Assembly (NCBI RefSeq): GCF_009834535.1
Contig: NC_045698.1
Location: 12,154,001 to 12,218,000, forward strand
DNA: 64,000 nt
Source of the DNA: Camelus ferus
Taxonomy: Eukaryota
Direction of reading: 5' to 3'
Under the pieces are notes generated by a model. It saw nothing but the letters and a program-made list of their open reading frames with translations. It searched no databases and was not told the origin of the DNA. Positions 51,093 through 64,000 of the stretch are shown one piece after another. The stretch's first letter is position 1, and each line of letters starts with the position of its first letter. Both the position numbers and the translations under genes were made by a program.

Positions 51093-52245
51093 CAGGTTAT
51101 TTTCCACTTGTATTACACCTTATACAAATTTCTTGTTCATGTGTTTTGGTCATTTTTCCACTAAAATATTTGTTATTTTCTTACTGATTTGTAAAGGCTC
51201 TTTATATAGTAAGGCTCTGAATCCACTGTTGTACATCACAAAAACTTTTCGTGTTATTGTTGGCCTTATTGAAGGGCAAAGTTGGCCACATGTACATGTA
51301 CACAAAGTCATAACAATGTGCACACTTTGATTTAGCAAATAAACTTCCGAGAATTTACCTCAAGGAAACAGTCTTAAATGAGCACAAGTGTCTACACATA
51401 TGAATAATACAGCAAGGGGCATTGTTTACAACAACAAATAAAGGAAATCATCCAATAATAGAAATCTGACACCACAGCCACTGACAATTCTGTACAGTCA
51501 CGAAGAAAGCACAGGAATGTTTTAAGATATATTAAATTAATAAAAAAGTAAGTTACTTAATTGAGGTAGACTATGAGCCCAACTTAAAGAAAAAAGTATA
51601 TATGCAACAAAATGTAAACAGGACTGTCTCTAGGTGGTAAAATTATAGGTAGTTGTAATTAAAAATTGTAATTTTTTCGGTATTTTGCATATTTTCCAAA
51701 TACTTTATAATCAGTAAGTATTGCCTTTACATTGGGGAGGGGTGCAGGCAAAACCTAGTAACTACTGCAATATGTTTTTATTATAGTTACTGAAAAATAC
51801 TACTACAGTGAGTAGTGTCAGGGACAGAGCTGGCCTGAGGAAGGAGAAGGGGAACTGCCCAGGGTGAAAGGCCAACACAGGGAAATGCTAAGGAGAGGGT
51901 GAAGGCAGAGACAGCTTCCTCCAGGGCTGTGAGAAAACCCAGGGACAGTAAGACTCTGAACCCAAGCACCACACTGCAATCCACCACCGTTTCCCACTTT
52001 TTAGTCTCCAAAACCCAGACCTTTTGCCGGAGTCATTGAGGGTAACAATGGCTTTTATAATTAGTCCTTTGTACAGATGCTGGGTGAGCGATGGTGAGTT
52101 TTACAACAAAGCCACTAACAGACATCACACGTTAAGAGGGCTGCCTGTGAAAATGTTAATGCAGAGCCACTCAGGCTAGAACACACGCGAGCGCACACAC
52201 ACACAATTATAGTCTGCATATTACTGATGGGTGGTCTGGGACTGG

Positions 52246-52330
52246 CTCAAACGTTGGACTGGGCAGCTTTCTGATTGGATGCTATTCAAGACTCAAACAT
52301 TGGACTGGGCAGCTTTCTGATTGGATGCTA
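52246..52330. repeat. Tandem duplication, 39-nt unit with 46-nt period
   Basis: CTCAAAC(G/A)TTGGACTGGGCAGCTTTCTGATTGGATGCTA at 52246-52284 and 52292-52330. Confidence 0.92.
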
Positions 52331-54916
52331 CTGAAGAAGTTCATCAAGACTGGCCAAAGTAAAACTGCACAGCAGGAGGGCTGCGGCGACGTAGCTGTGG
52401 CTATCGGCCACGCTGGGCACAGGGGCAAATGTCTACCCATCTTGGCAGATGGCACCCCGCAGGTGGGAAGTAAGCGAATGTGCCCTTCACCACACCATGG
52501 TACTCATCAGGGAGAGTGAAACTCTACTCATCAGAGAGTGAGTGTTCCCTCCCTGCAAATAACAACAGGCTTCTGGAACTAGGGGTCCATATATTTAAGG
52601 ACAGAAATACAGGTGAGAAAATCCAGAAGTTTAACACCATGAAAGAGACAGAAATGTCAGGCACTTTCCCAAAGATGACTCATACTCCATTTTTCTCTTT
52701 TGACGGTTATTAATTTTATGTCAGCTTAATTACCCCTAAGACTGAAAAGAAAAAAAAAACTGATGGTAAAAATAAAATGTTCTAACATTCGTTTTTATTG
52801 CCCTGAAAACAGATTTAGCTAAGTGGCAGTCAGCCACATTATTATTCCGTTTCTTTTAAATGTAACTCAATTTAATATGAAAGACCGCCTTCACATTTAA
52901 AACACTTATTCCCTTAAAGGGCACTTTTAGCAACTGAATAGCCATCAGCTGAACACATTCAAGCGGAGGCTGAGGCAGAGATTAGCATTTCAGACAGTCT
53001 TATTCTTTCTTTGGGGACTTCTACTCTGGGGAACCTCAGCAAAAAAGTGCCTCATCAGGTTTCTCCAGGCAGACTGTAAAATATTGGCAGGTTCATGCTT
53101 GTGTGAAACTAGCACATGATATTCCACAGGTGACCATTCAACTCCTGTAACTTTCCCCGCTTCCATACTTGTGCACAAACCAGTTCACAACGCAACTTAA
53201 AAAGATGCTGATTCTTGTGCCAATTTCCTTAAAGGTTCATATAAACAAAGTACAAGGCAAAGAAAAAGCTGCAACACTGTAGCACGGAAGCTTTTAAAGA
53301 AGAATTCTTTGACATAAATTCAAACAAAGGAAACCACCTCTCACCATTTCCCACTGCAACCTAATATTAAAAATGCTTTTTCCTATAAAAGATGAATTCC
53401 ATACCAAAAATAACATTGCATTATCAACGCCTTATCCAAGCGGTTACAGCCTTTGTTCTTACAAAGCATTAGTAGTTCAAACGTGGACACGCAATTAAAA
53501 TCAGCACTTACCCATCTGTTCAGAAACGAAACACTTCTGCTGCTCAGAGAGACGGCAAAAGCTGTTTTTCTCAGGTTTAAAAAACTCCTCTGCCAAATTT
53601 TACATTACTGCGATCATTGCGAGGTACATGAAACTTTTAAGCAGTGCAAATAAGAGAAAAATCCCTACCTTGGGTTTCTTTACCCCCCTTCAGTTTTTGT
53701 CCACTGTAAATGGCTGCATCTTTAGCAGTCCGGGCCAGAAGCATCTGAGCTGACAGACACAAAAACGGGCTTTCTTTGGCTTGCTGGTGTTCCCGGTCTT
53801 TTATGTGGTGTCTTGGGCTCTGCTTCCCTAATTCATTCCTGATTCTACTGAAAGGAAGTCCAGCCTGGCGAAGCTGGCGGGATGGCAATTGCCGAAGATA
53901 CTTCTGACTGCAGGAGCAAAGAAAGCACCTTACATGTGCCAGCAAAAGTGGGAAGCCATTTGAAATGTCCCAAGACGCTGAATTTTAAAAGATGACTAAT
54001 ATTAAAAAGAAAAAAAAACCGCGCCAGGACAAAGCCAAGCAATTTCATTGTGACCCTGGAAAGTCGACCCCGAGAACACCACCCCCCTGCCTTAAGCCCA
54101 GCTTCATTTACGGCTATTTATCCCGGTCTTTGCATAGCGCGCCTGAATAGTTGCCATAACAACTCAGTAAACAGGATTCGAGCGACCACTGAGGGGTTCA
54201 GGGCAATTGTTTTGTTTAGGGAGAAGAATGGTAGCTTTAATGCTTCCTCTACTGAAATTTCCTGAAAAGACAGAGCTGCTTTTTTTTTTTTTTTTTTAAA
54301 TAGATTGTGTGTATGTGCTGTTCTCAAAAGTCAAAGATGCTGGCAAGGAGTGCCCCAGTTATAGGAGAAGAGGCCACAGGAGTGGCAGTCAGACAGGAAG
54401 AATTATGAAACTAAGAAATACTGAATGCCAGGTGGGCATTTTCCAGTAAGGATGCAGAGGGAGTGGAATCATCCCAAGAGGCTGTAAGAGGAAGTAAATG
54501 AAAGAAGAGGCCAGAGTCTGGTATCCAGATGGTTCCACAAAGTCCTCGCTCCTGGGTTGTCCTATGCTCTCTCCTCCATTTTTTTCCCCACGGAGTCTCT
54601 TCTCTATAAAGCAGTTTCATTCAGATTTTATCCGTGCCACAGAAACATCATTCTCAATCTTCACCCTATGGCCAGGCAATCAGAAACTATCCTGTTCTTA
54701 AAAAATAATATTGGAAAAAAATGTTCACGAGTATTGCCAACAGGTTATGAACATCTGGCAATCTGACACATCATGCCAGTAATTTATCAAAATTCACAGA
54801 CTCTTAGGACACACAGACCCTTCATGGTAACTTTGGATTTTAATAATAATGGATCAGTATTGGTTCACAATGATAACAAATTTACCACATAATGCAAGGT
54901 GTTAATAACAGGGGAA

Positions 54917-54919
<3 letters not shown>

Positions 54920-54972
<53 letters not shown>
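54920..54972. repeat. Perfect (TG)~26 microsatellite within an old L1 3' fragment
   Basis: Visible uninterrupted TG run. Confidence 0.97.
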
Positions 54973-54973
<1 letters not shown>

Positions 54974-57900
54974 GGAGGCGAGAGTGATATGAGAACTCTG
55001 CACTCTCTGCTGAAATTTTTTGTAAATTTTAAAGTATTCTAAAAAATTAAGTCTGTTAATATAAAAAAATTGACATAAAGCTGTTCATCCCATATCCATG
55101 TCAAAGACTAAAGGAAGTTAAAAAAAAAAAGCAGCAACAGCTAGTTACAACAAATTGCTAAAGGTATCTGATTTAAAATTCAACTCAAAAAGAAAAAGGT
55201 CTGGTAACAGTCTTATAAAGATTTTCCTGTGATTCAGCTTAAATTGGGAGTTAAACTGTGAGGATGAAGTAGGCCTATTTTCTGCCCCAAACACATCGTG
55301 CAAGTATGGAGTATTTCACACAGTGAAGTGTGGCAGGTCCATGACCATGTCACCTCCTTTAAGGCCTACAACTGCTCCCCTAAGCAGGCACTGTCACTTC
55401 AAACACTTCAGGGAGTTGGAACTAATCCCAAGGCCACAGGACTGTTGAGTGACAACAGGCTGGACAGACACCATGGCACACACCTTTGATCTACTTCCAA
55501 TTCAGGCCATTGTTTTACAGGCCCTGCACCTGGGTGGCCGCGCAACAGCCCTCCCACACCAGCAGGACCCCAGTGTCTCAGGATGCGCCAGACTAGGGCA
55601 CCCTGCACCCCACGTTTCAGCCGGCGTGGAGCAGAGCTGCCTGTGCCCTTGGCGTGGGCCACGAACGAATGACTTAGTTAACCACAGCTCCACAGGCAAC
55701 CCTGAGAATGTGCAGAGGGCAGCAGGGGGCAGGTGGGGCAGTGGGAAATGCAGCTGTGGGAAATCAGCTGCAGAGAAAGCAGCAGGAAAAAAGAGAAAAA
55801 AAAAAAAATGAATGAGATGAGCATAGTCAGTAATAAGGTGATACTCTACCAAACCCAGCTGCCCGTAGGAGACTGGAGATACTGTAGCTTAATGTGCTGA
55901 TGTGTGATGGAAAATTTCCGAGATACAATTTTGCACAGGAGGCTGTTTACTAGAGCAGGGAAATGGATTCTTATTAAGAGTTTAAAAAATATTTGACACA
56001 CTCAGAGTGGGTATCTGACATTTCACTTTAATCTCAAATGATGGGATGAAAACCAGTGAATGGAAGATGCAGAAATGCAGATTTCATTTAGTATGATTAA
56101 GACCTTTCCCATAAATAGTAAAAGCTTAAAAAAAAAAAAAAAAACAGTCTGCCTTAAGGTGCAAGGAAAGAGTCAATTCTCTGTCCCTCAGGATTATTTA
56201 GGAAAAGGGAGGATGATCCGCGTCTCATTTAAAGGGGATAAATAGACCACATTTCACCAATTCTTAACGCAAATACATTCCCCTCTCAATATGCCTGAAA
56301 TCGGATGTGTCTGTGGCTCACTCACGTCCAAACAGCCACCATGACATAATTCCATACCTGGATGGACACGAATTTCATCACAGCTTTTCACTGTCTTCGA
56401 AAATCACAGGCACTATTGGAACTCCTTGCACTGCTTTAAATGTGGTCTAACTGCTCCTCTCTAGATTTGTCAGTGAAACAGAAAGTCATTTCACCTGCAG
56501 AAAGACCTAGAAGCAGAGTGCCAAGGTGTCACTGAGTTATCAGTGAAGCAAGTACTTGTGGTGGAAGAATGACAACCATTTCATACTTCTTGCAAAGCAA
56601 AAAGCAAGTGCCTGGTGACAGGACAGCATGGTGCCCTGGCTAAGCAGGCAGTGCTGCTTCCACAGTGATACATAAATAACGGTGCCTTTACAACCAGGGA
56701 AGTCATCGATTCAACAAAATAGACAACGTCTGGACCCAATGATGTGTAATTCCAAAAAAGTTCAATTGAAATGCTAACATCCAGTTTTTCAGCCTTTCAG
56801 TTTAAACCTTTGCTATCTGGTGGATTTGCACATCCAGACCTCCTTGCCCAATCATGGCAGGGAACACACACCTTAGGGGGACCCCATTTAGAGGTCTGAG
56901 TGTTGGAGTATGAAGCGCCTTACCAGACTCGCATTGTTTATGAACAAGCCTCTGGTGCTGTGCTTGGCTGTGCCCAAAGGGCTCCGAACCCTACGGGGGC
57001 CGTGTCTGAGGGGGTCAGCTGGGAGAGGGAGACCAGGAGAAGTAACGCATTAACACAGAAAGACCGGATCATAGCAAGGACACCACCCTAATGTTGACCT
57101 ATTGGTATATCCTGAGAGTAACTTCTCCAACTAGGCAAACTGAAGGTGATCCAGAAGCAAAAAATAGGCCAAAAGTAAAACAAACCAACTAGGATGGAAC
57201 TTGTAGCAGAAGGATTAAAGACAGCACTTAAGTCTCCATCTTTAGCAAAGTCAAGCACGCACACACCATGAACATCTCCACAGTGTCCCTTGATGAGCAG
57301 TTCAATTCCACATTTACTGAGCACATGGGACAGCCTGGACGCTGAGCTATGCGGCAGGGCACAAAGATGGAAGAGGCAGGTCCCTCAAGGTTGTACTTGG
57401 CCAAGGTCAAGGTCACCCATGTTTGTGGAATTACCTTATTCAGAAAATGGGATCAGCATAGAGAAACCAAAGCCTAAAGAGAAATGTAAAGGGTCGCTGG
57501 GGTCAAGTTCAGTAAGGTTCCTGAGAAATAAGGTGAAGAAAATGAGAGGGGAAAAGATTCAGGAAGAATAAAACAGGACAAAAAATTCAAGGTAGGAAAT
57601 ACATTTCGTGCAGCTTCTGTAGGAGGCTGGCCCGGCCTCACGTTAGGGGCTGAGAACCACAGACCACCAGTTCTCACACCCAGGAAGGGAAGGGTGTCCT
57701 GATACTTACCATCTGTTTCCTTTTTTAATTCTGTCCTGCACCTCCCTCAGGGTTTTTCTGAGGAATGTTAATGACCAACTTTTCTGACTAAAACGTACTT
57801 AAAACAGGAGGCAGGGAGGGAAGGCAAGGATCTGGGCCACGGGACGCCCTTGGGGGGAAATTCTAATGAGGTGAAGCAGGTTTTCTTTGATACAGAAATC

Positions 57901-60900
57901 TCCTGGGGTTGGTCTGGGCACTCCTGGCCAGCAACTACCATTGCCTGAGCAAATCACACTAGGACGAGGCCAAGGGGCCACACCACCAACTCAGCACGTC
58001 TGATAGAGAATTCTGCCCTTTGTAAACCGAGAACTCTAAGCTGAGGGGAGAAGTACATCCCTCCATGGTACCTGAGGCAAAGCGCTGGCTCAGACTAGCC
58101 CCTTCCAAGAGCTATGCTTTTATTACCTTCATAACTTAGTGCCAGGAGGATTTCTCAGCAACGCTAATGAAATGTCTTCTATGCAACATGCAAGATTAGC
58201 TACAAGTCATTCACAAAAGGAAAAAAAGCCCACATATGATTATAGTTGAACTGATTTAACTGCTTCAGCATTTCAGTTACATCCACCAGCTTTTCAAAAC
58301 ATAAAAATCCCAAATAACAAAGCCCCATAAGATTCCCACAAAAGGATTTCTAAATGCTTTGGGCCCAGGTGCCTATCCTGAGCTTCACACACTTGCCAAA
58401 GGAAAGGAGTCAGTCTGTGCTACATAAGCCTGGGGCCCACAGGGCTGCGTATGCACGCTCGCCGGGCCACCATGGGAGCCCTGGATGTGCCGAGTAGGCT
58501 CCTAAAAGCACCGAGCAGCTGCTCTGCTTTTTCTAAGGCCTTAGCTGTTAGGGCCACAGACTGTACAGCCATTGTTCCAATCCTTTTCTGGGCACAGAAT
58601 TGTCAAAAGAAACCTCTAGAATCTGCCCAAACCCACGACCCATGTTCCGGAATGATGCACAAAATACCTACATCTACTTGTATTCGATACATCTTCTCAA
58701 GCTCCCATAATGAACATCTGATGTGGGAAAGGTATGCGGTGAGGGGAGATGGCCTCACCCCTCCAGGCTGGAAATACACCTTCCCCATCCCTGGGCAAAG
58801 GCCAGCAAGACTTTCCCTGTGAAATGCCCAGAAGCATCTATCTTTGGACAAAAGAAAATTCATAAGGAACTCCAAATGAGGGTTGTTCGCATACACTTCC
58901 TATACCATCACCAGTAACACTCCAGTATTTTCAGTGGAACCAAATGAATGCTAAGTGAGTCATAATTTTCTATTTCCACAGCCTAATTAGTTCCTTCACA
59001 CTTACTGTCACACCTACATCTTAGGCCTCAGACAAGTTGGTTCTCATGTCTGACTTGTCAGGTGTCTTTAAAAGGGTACCGAGATGTTTTTTCAAAGTCT
59101 TCTATGGCCCATCTCATGGTGTTATTAGTGCCTGCCACTGGTCAGGAGGTGGCAAGGGCTATGAGCCAAGAGAAATGGAACCTTGAGGTTGGGTCGGCTC
59201 ATTTTTTAAAATGCCAACACCAAAGCAATTAGGCACAATCAAATCCCAGCAAGGAAAAATAAACATCAAAAAGAGGTAATTTCTTCAATGTTCTGTGTTT
59301 TCACATAGGCCTCACTTCAAAAGTGACGGCAATTTAAAGGGAAAATGAACTCCATGTCACCCAAAAAAGAAAAAAAAACAAAAAAAACAAAAACGGAGGA
59401 CTGAGTTTTTAAAATTAAAAATTCTATCCTTATAAATAAGTTCTGGCTTGGTGGGTGACACCCCCGCCCCTGCTATTTCATTGAATATAAGATGCCAACG
59501 GCTGTAAAAGTGCACAATTATTACACCACTAAGAAGCGAGGAGAAGCTCCCAATTAAACTGTGGTTTGCCAAAAGCTGTAAGATGCATCTCAATGCTGAA
59601 GACCTTCAACGGGGGAAAAACATGCACGTTAAGCAGCTCCTGTGAGTGGGGACTCAAATTGCAGAGCCCATGTATTTATCTTGTCCATACCGCCCAGTGT
59701 GGTTTTATGAAGCACGGCAGGTGGGTATAAACCAGCTGATGTGGGACATGGTATTGTTTTAACTGTTAATTTCCTACGTTATGTCAAAAAAAAAAAAAAA
59801 AAACTATGTATTATTAAGTTGCCTTTTTTGGTGATAACCTGAAACATTTTACTAAAAATCTGAAAAAAGGGAAAGATGAGTTACTATTGAAACTACAGAA
59901 CCGATGCACATTAAGTCATCACAGATCTTCTGTAGTCTCAGCCACGTGTGCCAGACAAATGCCAAATTCTCACCTTCACACCTCAGAGCAAGGCAACCAA
60001 CTGAACGGAAAATCCTCCACTCGATGCAGTTTTGCCTTCCAAGAAGACAGAATTCAAAATTGTGATTCTTACAAATAAATACCTTAAACTACAAATAAGG
60101 AATGGTTGTAATATTAAAGTCGAAGGGAATTGGTAAGCAAAACGAAAATAAGATCTAGCATCGGCAAAGGTTTCAACCGCAGCACCACCAAACATCACAC
60201 AGCCTCATGGCAAAGAGCTGAGCTCAGGTTCCTTTATCTGAATCCTTATGAGGATGGCTTCCAGTTCTTCCACACAAGAGGCTCTTGATATTCCTACCTT
60301 GTGGGGGCTTTTCTGCTCTTCATAGGGGTTACTGAGAGTAGATGTTGGCCAAATAACGATAAAAAAACTAAAATTAACAGCACTTCAAGGCAAGTTGCCC
60401 ATTTAGCATTAGATTCAGCAGCTACCTATATCTCACACTCCGTTTTCTTTGTTGAGAAGAATAAATATTATAAAACGTATAAAATCACATTGTTTCTGAT
60501 CCGGATACAGCATTCAAGAGCTAGAACAAGAGCGTAGACACAAGAACTTGCGATGACAGGAGCCTTCTAATTGGTTACCATCAGCTCATCCAAGTCCTTA
60601 AAAGCCATTATTACCACTTAAAATACAGACTGTTTGTCATGTTTAACAATAAAGCAAAAGAAAAGAAAATGAAAAAAAAAAATCAACCACAACAAAAAGC
60701 ACACCAACCATTTCTTCTAAAAAGGTAGATAGCACATTCTGGAGCCTCACCAAGATTACAAACCAATACTTAAGGAAAGGAAAAAAAAAAAAAAAAGCAA
60801 AGGTTTCACAATGTTTCCTTTTAAACTAGATTTTTCTAACATGCAATGGCGTCATTCAAAATTAGACAAGTAGGTTCAAAAGACAAAGGGATTCTTTCCC

Positions 60901-61047
60901 ACTGAATGTTACGCTATAGTAATGTCATATACATTTCCAACCACCTATAATGCAAGGATTTTGGAGAAGCCAAATCTGTGATCAACAAGCTCAGGAGGCA
61001 GTGTCCCCAAAGACACAGTCTGAGTCTAGAACTGCAGTACATCTTAC

Positions 61048-61128
61048 CTTCTGCATGTTTGGCTTGATACAGCGAACAAAGAAAGGATTAGAGGAGCTTA
61101 GCGTTGCCATCAAGGAATGAAGGGAGTC
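61048..61128 (-). CDS. MYO10: Myosin-X coding exon (~exon 19): DSLHSLMATLSSSNPFFVRCIKPNMQK
   Basis: Canonical myosin PxFVRCIKPN motif; TAG acceptor, GTAAG donor; 81 nt, phase 0-0; too short for the ORF track. Confidence 0.97.
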
Positions 61129-62042
61129 CTATTAGGAAGGAAAAAGTGTATGTTGATTTAGTCTCTTATGGTGTCTCTCTTTAAATTTCTCGGCACCCTA
61201 GGCACTTATCAGAAACAAGCAGAAAGAAAACAACATAAATCTGAGGAATAATAGAGATTTTATTTTTAATCCTGTCATTCTAATATAAAATAAAGGTATC
61301 ATCATTGTCACAGAAGCTATTTCACATACACAAAACTCATTTAATTCCTTGACACAGTACCCTTAAACAAACAAAACTATCCTGTTAACCAGCAAAAAAA
61401 AAAAACAACCCTGGGATATTTCAATGTTTAGTACAGAAAACCTGAGAAGCATCCATTCTCCCACCAGAGTTGTTGTTCTTCCTAATTATTTCCATCAAAA
61501 TGACAGTTTATACCAGTACTTCACTGGTTTTTGAGCCACCATCTCTCACTCTTATCTTCAAACCACCAGGCAGCTTAATCTTCCGCAATACTGCTATCTC
61601 GTCTTTTTTTTTTTTAACTTGTTTTTAATTTGTGAAGAATTTTTAACATTTACCAAAGCAGACTGAGCATGTAATGAGGAGCCAGCATCGGCGTCAGCCC
61701 CCAGCTAACCTCATTTCATCTGATCTCTGTCCCTGTACAGACCACGCCCTCTTTTTGCAGAAAAGCAAATCCCACACCTAGTATTACTTCATCCCTCAAT
61801 TTTTCAGTATGTATTATCAAAGTCTAAAGACTTTAAAGCACACACAGGTAACCACAGTATCTTTCCTAAAAATATTTAACATGAATTTCTTAGTATCAAC
61901 ATGACAAGGTGCAACTATCTCATTTCTTATTAAAATACTCCACCGTCTCAAATTTCACAATCTGTCAATGGCTGCTTCTTTGAAATCAGATTGCAAGTAA
62001 GGTCCAGGTAGTGCAGTGAGTTGATATATCTTCTAAGTCTCT

Positions 62043-62175
62043 ATTGTTTTTGTTTTTTTGGGGGGCGAGTGGGTAATTAGGTTTATTTATTTACTTTTAG
62101 TGGAGGTACTGGGGATTGAACCCAGGGCCTCGTGAATGCTAAGCATGTACTCTACCACTTAGCTATACCCTCCCA
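62043..62175 (-). mobile_element. tRNA-Ala-derived SINE (Vic-1-like)
   Basis: Intact A and B boxes on the minus strand; flanking TAAGTCTCT direct repeat. Confidence 0.85.
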
Positions 62176-62579
62176 CCACTTTTAAGTCTCTCTTAATTCC
62201 CTGGTTTTCCCTCCATCTCCATCTTTCTCTTTTTCCCTTCTTACAATTTTGTTGCTGAAGAAATGGGGTCATCCTCAGTACTACACTGATTAGTTACTTC
62301 TCTGTTTAGGAAGCTTTAGGATCTCTCAGATGACAAAATGTCCTGGAATTCATGGCCCTTCATATTCTGGGACCCATTTCACTTCATACAAGGTGTCCCG
62401 TCAGCCGGCCCCCGTCTATTCAGGGACAGGACTTATGTTCCTGATTCAGGACTCCTCCTCCTGCCGCTTTCCCATCTCCTTGCTTCCTGGTCCACTTCCA
62501 GTCCCAAACATCCACAAAACCTCCGAGGACAACTCCAGGCCACACTGACCCAGAAACAGACAACACAACCCTCTACTGG

Positions 62580-62820
62580 ATGATTAAGAGCCGAGGGTTT
62601 AGAGTCAGACAGACCTGGGTTCATTTCAAATCCCAGCTCCAGTCTTCAGAGGGACTGAGCAAGTCTGCATTTCTCTAAACCTCAGCTTCCTCATCTATAA
62701 AATGGGGACAATAATATGTACTTCTAAGATTATGGGAGAAGTGAAGGAGATAATGTATATAAAGTGATCAGCCCAATGACTAGCTCATGGTGAATGCACA
62801 GTAAATGGCAGCTGTTATCA
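62580..62820 (+). mobile_element. MIR SINE
   Basis: GAGTCAGACAGACCTGGGTTC...CCTCAGCTTCCTCATCTATAAAATGGGGACAATAAT core. Confidence 0.8.
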
Positions 62821-63588
62821 TACCCCATCTGGGTCAAAGCTGCCCTTCCTACCACACGAGCCAGCAGGTCAGCAGTGGTCAGGCGTGGGTCTGGTTCAAT
62901 GCCAACCACGCGGTCCAACAGACCTCACACAGAAGCCCCACCTCCAACGCAGCCAACACTGAGTAACTCAATGAAAGAGAGCCTCCCAGAGGGCAGATCA
63001 ATAAGTGTCTGTCCACTGACACTCCTCCATTGCCCATTATGTTAGGATTTGGGGGTAGAACGGAACAAGTCAGTCAGTGAAGTCGTTTTCATATGCTCTA
63101 CCTCTAAACTCTCTAAAATGTTCACATATTTCAAATGCAAATAAGAATGGTCCTCATATTTTCCCTGAATTTTGGACATCTGGACAAGGTAACTGACACT
63201 GATCTGATTTAACCATGCACTTGGTTATGATACTGTAAACATACATGAGAAAAATTTTAAAAATTCAGACACTGGAAGAAATACTTTATATTCACAAGCC
63301 TTTAAATACAAATCAGAGTAATTCCAAATGACCCAACAGTCCTTTAGAATTATTTTATAAGCTTAAAATAAGTAGCTATGCATTTCTAACTAGACAAAAA
63401 AAAAGTACATCTTTTTACCTGTCTCAGAAATAAAAACTATATTTTCCTTCTAAAGCGCTGTCTGATTTAAAAGGAGAGGAAAAAATTAAATACACACCTC
63501 CATAGACCTCACATAAACCCAATTTCTATTTTCAATTCTTAAAATCACAACAAAGATTGATTCCTCCAAGCCAGCAGCGCAGACTCAC

Positions 63589-63697
63589 CTTGAATTGTGA
63601 GCTGACTGTGGGCCGTCGATGTTTGCTTCCACATTTCAAGGTATCCTGGTTATTGCGGCTCGAAACATGTTCAAATAGGTCGTAGATGAAGTCGAAT
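63589..63697 (-). CDS. MYO10: Myosin-X coding exon (~exon 18), motor domain: (R)FDFIYDLFEHVSSRNNQDTLKCGSKHRRPTVSSQFK
   Basis: Translation matches the myosin-X motor (TVSSQFK motif); CAG acceptor 63698-63700, GTGAG donor; 109 nt = 1+36 codons. Confidence 0.96.
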
Positions 63698-64000
63698 CTG
63701 TGTGAGTGAGCAGAGAGGAGAAGGACCGTGAGGGGCACACACCCAATTATCAGGTGCAGGATTACTGCAATTGCAACTCATTTTCCCACTGAAAACAATA
63801 CATCAAGGCCTGGAAGAGCTAAGACAGCTTCCAAAGATTTCAAACCAACCACTGCCAACGGGCTTTGGGCACAGAAAACAGATGGGGCGGCCTTTGGGGC
63901 ACTAGAGTTGCAGAAAGAAGAGGACCGGGAGAAAGGTGACCCCAGGTGACAAGCCGCTAGGACCGCCGGGCTTCCCAGAGCTTCTGCAGCCTCGGCTTCT

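Noticed and set aside
50705..51187. Reverse-transcriptase-like 160-aa ORF as a host gene or retron-like system
   Set aside because: Plain L1 ORF2 fragment that ends before the catalytic motifs
52246..52330. CRISPR-like direct repeats
   Set aside because: Only two units with a 7-nt gap, mammalian context, no cas genes
57704..57720. Consensus donor ATG|GTAAGT
   Set aside because: No convincing acceptor or promoter motifs nearby; an isolated match is expected by chance
465..63697. MYO10 as a pseudogene
   Set aside because: Sixteen of seventeen exons and all splice sites are intact with conserved protein; one indel does not indicate decay

Overview
Mammalian genomic DNA covering the middle of the MYO10 (myosin-X) gene on the minus strand. 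It is probably camelid, judged from six copies of a tRNA-Ala-derived SINE. I resolved 17 coding exons (approximately exons 18-34 by human numbering, from memory), each with splice sites and phases checked. They run from the end of the motor domain through the IQ motifs, SAH/coiled coil, PEST region and PH1-PH3 to the start of MyTH4. Most notable: (1) a +1 frameshifting base in the exon at 4413-4556, most likely an assembly error, otherwise a loss-of-function allele; (2) a 91-nt GC-AG intron; (3) a 33.6-kb intron (27472-61047) just upstream of the Met that starts the known 'headless' Myo10 isoform. That intron holds a promoter-like block with two RFX X-boxes and a strong donor at ~29.2-29.6 kb, three polypyrimidine-AG|GTRAG junctions resembling recursive splice sites or ends of alternative first exons, further X-boxes and a duplicated CCAAT box. 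The rest is intron with L1, MaLR LTR, DNA-transposon, MIR and microsatellite repeats. No prokaryote-type system, CRISPR array or second protein-coding gene is supported. Repeat boundaries and subfamily names are approximate, by eye.
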